37,784 nt of DNA, from NCBI RefSeq assembly GCF_004010195.1, contig NW_025215023.1, forward strand, positions 21,245 to 59,028. Reading direction: 5' to 3'. This document shows, in pieces, positions 33,851 through 37,784 of the stretch. The stretch comes from Chiloscyllium plagiosum (Eukaryota). The notes under the pieces are model-generated. The model saw only the letters and a list, made by a program, of their open reading frames with translations. It was not told the DNA's origin and did not search any database. Position 1 is the stretch's first letter, and the number at the start of each line of letters is the position of its first letter. The translations under genes were made by a program, and so were the position numbers.

Positions 33851-34484
33851 CTCTCGCCCCGGAATGCCCCACAAACGGGAAGCACCCAACTCCAGCCTCC
33901 CCTGAGGGTATTATCCAGAGGAATGGCCTATCGATGGTGTTGTACAAAATCGATAGAGGGTCCCGTCTTGTTTCAAAGCTCCATATCGAGGGCTGACGGG
34001 GATATTTGGTGGGTCGGTCACCCAAGATCTCTCACATTTGCACCCCCCCCCCCACCCTCGCCTCTCAGTGAGTGAGTGGTTTCCAATCAAATACCTCTCC
34101 ACGATACCCTGATCAATTCAGAGTGCCTTGCTGTTTTGTTAGTGGAGCAATAGGACGTCACAGGCTCATTGTGGGGTGGGGGATGGAAGCCATCTTCAAA
34201 CGTTGTCCCACGTAGGTCATTTCTGAGTCCTCACCTGGCAATGGGCAGACCCACCTTGGGTGGGGGGATTGCCAGAAATAATTACTCAGTTAGAACCTCG
34301 AGCGGTGAGCTAGACCGACATAAAGTGAGACTCAGGTCACTCAGGCCTGCTTTGCCATTTGATCATGTTACAGAGCTGGGCATGGTGGTAGTGTCTCTAT
34401 CTCAGAGCCAGGAGGACCAGGTTCACCTGCTCCAGAGGTGTGTCATAACATCGCTGAACAGGTCGATTATAAAATATCTGGAGT

Positions 34485-35210
34485 TATAGGGTTTGTACAA
34501 TACTGGAAAAGGCCCTTCAGCCTATCATATGTATACTGGTCACCAAACATTCCCATTCTAACACCATTTTCCAGCACTTTGCCCATTATCTCATAGAATC
34601 CCTACGGTGTGGGAACACGCCCTTCGGCCCAACAAGTCCACACCAACCCTCCGAAAAGTAACCCACTCAGACCCGTTCCCCTGACTAACCTACACATCCC
34701 TGAACGCTATGGGACAATTTAGCATGGCCAGTTCACCCAAACCTGCACATCTTTGGATTGTGGGAAGAAACTGGAGGAAACCCACGCAGACACGGGGAGA
34801 ATGTGCAAACTCCACACAGACAGTCACCCGAGGCTGGAATTGAACCTGGGACCCTGGTGCTGTGAGGCAGCTGTGCTAACCACTGAGCCACCGTGCCACC
34901 CCACCCTCGTACATGACAGCGATTCAAGTGTTCAGCTGAATGCTACTTGAGGCTTCCTGTCTCTACTGCCGTTCTCGCAGTGAGTTTCAGACGCCCATCA
35001 CCTTCTGGGATTAAAACACTCTTTCTCCAATCTGCTGCTCCCTTTACCTTAAAATGGTGCCCACTGCTTCTTGGGCCCTCTACTAAGGGGAAACATTGAC
35101 TCTTTCCATGTTCCTCAGAGCTAGGTACACCTCAATCAGATCCATTACCCCCCGGCCCCCTCGTCTGCCTCCTCTACTCCAACCTGAGTGATCTCTCCTC
35201 ATAGCTGAGA
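34485..35210 (-). mobile_element. Old CR1 3' part (34485-34590, ~34910-35210) split by an HE1 SINE
   Basis: GTACAATACTGGAAAAGGCCCTTCAGCC...CCAGCACTTTGCCCAT resumes after the SINE with GCAGTGAGTTTCAGACGCCCATCACCTTCTGGG. Confidence 0.55.
34593..34900 (-). mobile_element. HE1-type V-SINE, near full length
   Basis: Tail rc ATAGAATCCCTAC..., V-domain rc, head rc GGAATTGAACC...AACCACTGAGCCACCGTGCCACCC. Confidence 0.92.
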
Positions 35211-35557
35211 TAGGGTTGAGGTGAGGACAGGAGTAGGCCTAGGGTTAGGCCTCAAGCCTGCCCTGCTGTCCACCAAGATCACGGCTGATCTGGCTCAGGC
35301 CTCAACTCCTCTTCCATGCCAGCCCCTCTTTCAGGTAGAAGTGGGCATTTTGTGAAGATTTGCTGCCAGCTCACAGCTTTCTGTTGGCTCTCACATCGGG
35401 TATCCCTGTTTTCTCACCCAGTGAGAGTTCAACGTTCTCCTGAGGGGTCACCTTTATTTCCACACATTGAAAGTTTCAATTTCACCCCAGTCCCCCTTCC
35501 ACAAACTGTGGTACATGCCTTTGAGCTACAAGTTTATTTTTCATGGGGTTTGGCAAT

Positions 35558-36000
35558 GGTAGTTGCCCCTTGAGAAGGTGGGGGTGAGCTGCCATCTTGA
35601 ACCGCTGCAGTCCATGTGCTGTGGGTTGACCCACAATGCCCTGAGGGAAGGAATTCCAGGATTCTGACCCAGCGATACTGAAGGAACAGCAATGTATTTC
35701 CAAATCAGGATGGTGAATGGCTCAGAGGGGAACTTGCAGGGGGTAGTGGTCCCCTGTATCTGCTGCCCTTGTCCCTCTAGATGGAAGTGGTCGTGGGTTT
35801 GGAAGGTGCTGCCTGAGGATCTTTGGTGAATTGCTGCAGTGCATCTTGTAGATGGTACACCCTGCTGCTACTGAGCGTCGGTGGTGGAGGGAGGGGATGT
35901 TTGTGGGTGTGGTGCCAACCAAGCGGGGGCTGCTTTGTCCTGGGTGGTGTCGAGCTTCTTGAGTGTTGTTGGAGCTGCCCCCATCCAGGGGCAAGTGGGG
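35558..36000 (-). mobile_element. CR1/L2-group second-family LINE 3' end
   Basis: Near-identical reverse complement of 19137-19580. Confidence 0.9.
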
Positions 36001-36332
36001 CATATGATGTTGAATTTGTAGAGTGTAGTTTGTAACCCAATTTACTGTTAACCATTAAGGAGAGTGGCCTATCATAAAATATTGAGCTGGATTTTACATG
36101 GCGCCATTAGAGATGTTGTGGTTAAGGTGGGGATAGGTAGGTGCTCGAGAGAGAGAGAGTGAGAGAGCGGAAGCCGAGGAGAAGGTGATGGGTTTCAGGA
36201 AAGGGTAATGGAAGGCAGGTCAGGTGTGGAGCAAAGGAGGAACATGGCTGCTTTATAAATTCTGTATGTTGTTGCATTCCTCTGGAATTATACCTCTGTC
36301 AAAGCACAGCTGGATAACAGCTGCCACATGGT

Positions 36333-36484
36333 GAAAGTGAGGACTGCAGATACTGGAGATCAGAGTCAAGATTAGAGTGATGCTGGAAAAGCACAGCAGG
36401 TCAGGCAGCATTCGAGGAGCTGGAGAATCGACGTTTCGGGCAGGAGCTCTTCAAGGGGTTGTCCTGCTGTCCTTTACCATGTGG
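36333..36484 (-). mobile_element. Penelope-like pseudo-LTR fragment with 11-bp target-site duplication
   Basis: GAAAGTGAGGACTGCAGATACTGGAG...GACGTTTCGGGCAGGAGCTCTTCA; TGCCACATGGT at 36322-36332 and 36485-36495. Confidence 0.85.
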
Positions 36485-36582
36485 TGCCACATGGTAAGCA
36501 CCGACCCGGCTGCCATGTTGATAGCTTCTCCTGGTATTTGAGGGAGGGCTTCGCTTCAATAACTGCTGTCGTTTTCGTTCAG

Positions 36583-36641
36583 GTTCATCAACGCAAGACG
36601 CCGAATCGTCCAGCCAATGATCGACCAATCAAATCGAACAG
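36583..36641 (+). CDS. meis3: Internal 59-bp coding exon of a MEIS TALE-homeobox gene (end of homeodomain helix 3), most similar to MEIS3
   Basis: Acceptor GTTTTCGTTCAG|G and donor CAG|GTATCT. Phase 2 in, phase 1 out. Translation is (TG|G=W)-F-I-N-A-R-R-R-I-V-Q-P-M-I-D-Q-S-N-R-T-(G). Length and phases match the corresponding vertebrate MEIS exon as I recall it. NRT rather than NRA favours MEIS3 over MEIS1/2, but the paralogue call rests on that one residue. Confidence 0.93.
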
Positions 36642-36679
36642 GTATCTCTTTTACTAATTGACTCTAAGTGGCCATTGAC

Positions 36680-37090
36680 GGCCGTAAACAGGTCGAGGCA
36701 GCGGGCCGTGGAGGGGGTCGTTAGGGCCGACTGCCTGCCCCTCTTCCGCGGTTACGTTAGGGCCCGGGTGTCCTTGGAGAAGGAGCACGCGGTGTCGACC
36801 AACACCCTGGAGTTGTTCAGGGAGAGGTGGGCGCCGCAGGGAGTGGAGTGCATTATTTCTCCCTCCAACTGTATTTTGATTTAGTCCCTACCCTCCCCCT
36901 CACTGTTTTGATCACACAGCACTGTCCTTTGATGTGAAGGGCAGTGTTTGTCACTGGCCACTCGGGTGTTTTCCTATCTTCCTGGTGGTGGAAACTGAAT
37001 AAAGATTTGCGCACTTTGTGTCTTTCACTGTGTCTCACACCTGCACACACACACCATGGGGGCTGGGGGGAGAAATAAGCACCACCGCAG
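36680..37090 (+). mobile_element. Tx1/L1-clade non-LTR retrotransposon 3' end (ORF2 C-terminus plus 3' UTR)
   Basis: AVNRSRQRAVEGVVRADCLPLFRGYVRARVSLEKEHAVSTNTLELFRERWAPQGVECII* (F-x-x-x-W terminal motif of Tx1/L1 ORF2); CpG-rich; AATAAA at 36998-37003. Confidence 0.72.
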
Positions 37091-37784
37091 TATTGCAGTA
37101 TCATTACTGCCAGGTTGTTTTGGCCGCTGGCATGATGTAGCGAGAGCCTGGTAATGTCGAGGGAGCCTGACTCTGAGTGGAAAGTCACGGGATGGGAGCG
37201 GACTCTGGGAAGGCCAAGGCCTACGCAGTCATGACGGGATTTGTCGTTAATGTCCTTCCCGTGACGACGCGACGAGAGCGGTAGGGCTTCCTGCTCAGGT
37301 AGCTCCAGCAGAACCACACGCCTCTGTAAACCCCCGGCCCACCCCCGTCCCCACGGTAACAGATTCCATGCTCTCACTGTGGGCTGTACTTCACTGAGGT
37401 ACCGAGGGTGTCTGAGACTTTCAGACTGGGCCCACCGTCGCTCTCTCGGCCTGGAAATGGATCAGGTTGCGCTGGGCAGAAACCTCCTGGAAGCCGAGTG
37501 CCCTGTCTTAAAGACGATACCAGTTCCTCGCTGCTTGTTATACGGGACCCCTCTGATCTTTCGAGTCTAAATCCGCCATCAAAGATGGCCGCCTCATGGT
37601 CAATGGCAAATTGATCAAACTGAAACAGGTCTTAGAGAGCGCTTTTTATTTTGAAACGTCTTTCCATTAACCGTCCCACCCCTGGTGCAGTATACCGAGA
37701 GAGGGCACACGGCAATGCCCAGAGGTGCCAGTGCTTCTTGGTTGACCCATTCGGTTGGCGGTGGGGGTGTGTGGATCCGGGAAC

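Noticed and set aside
37090..37100. GTATTGCAGTA matching U2 snRNA next to a Tx1-type element (Keno-like U2 targeting)
   Set aside because: Only 11 nt, not the known Keno target region of U2, and no other U2 sequence nearby

Overview
This is repeat-dense vertebrate genomic DNA, almost certainly from a shark. The evidence is HE1-type V-SINEs, HER1/CR1 LINEs and elasmobranch-type Penelope termini; bamboo shark is plausible but is only an inference. The one host-gene element I can support is a 59-bp + strand exon at 36583-36641 encoding (W)FINARRRIVQPMIDQSNRT, the C-terminal homeodomain exon of a MEIS TALE gene, most like meis3. The ORF track misses it. The ~36.5 kb upstream therefore looks like one large intron. 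It holds nested CR1/L2 LINEs, three to four SINE families, a solo LTR, about ten Penelope pseudo-LTR remnants with minimal hammerhead ribozyme cores (three intact), two large minisatellites, a decayed ~23-bp array of RFX X-box-like palindromes, and unique islands with PBX-HOX plus MEIS site clusters. A sense-strand Tx1-type LINE end with AATAAA lies ~40 bp downstream of the exon's weak donor. There are four N-gaps. Repeat family names come from my recognition of consensus sequences, not from a database search, and repeat boundaries are approximate (about 10-20 bp).
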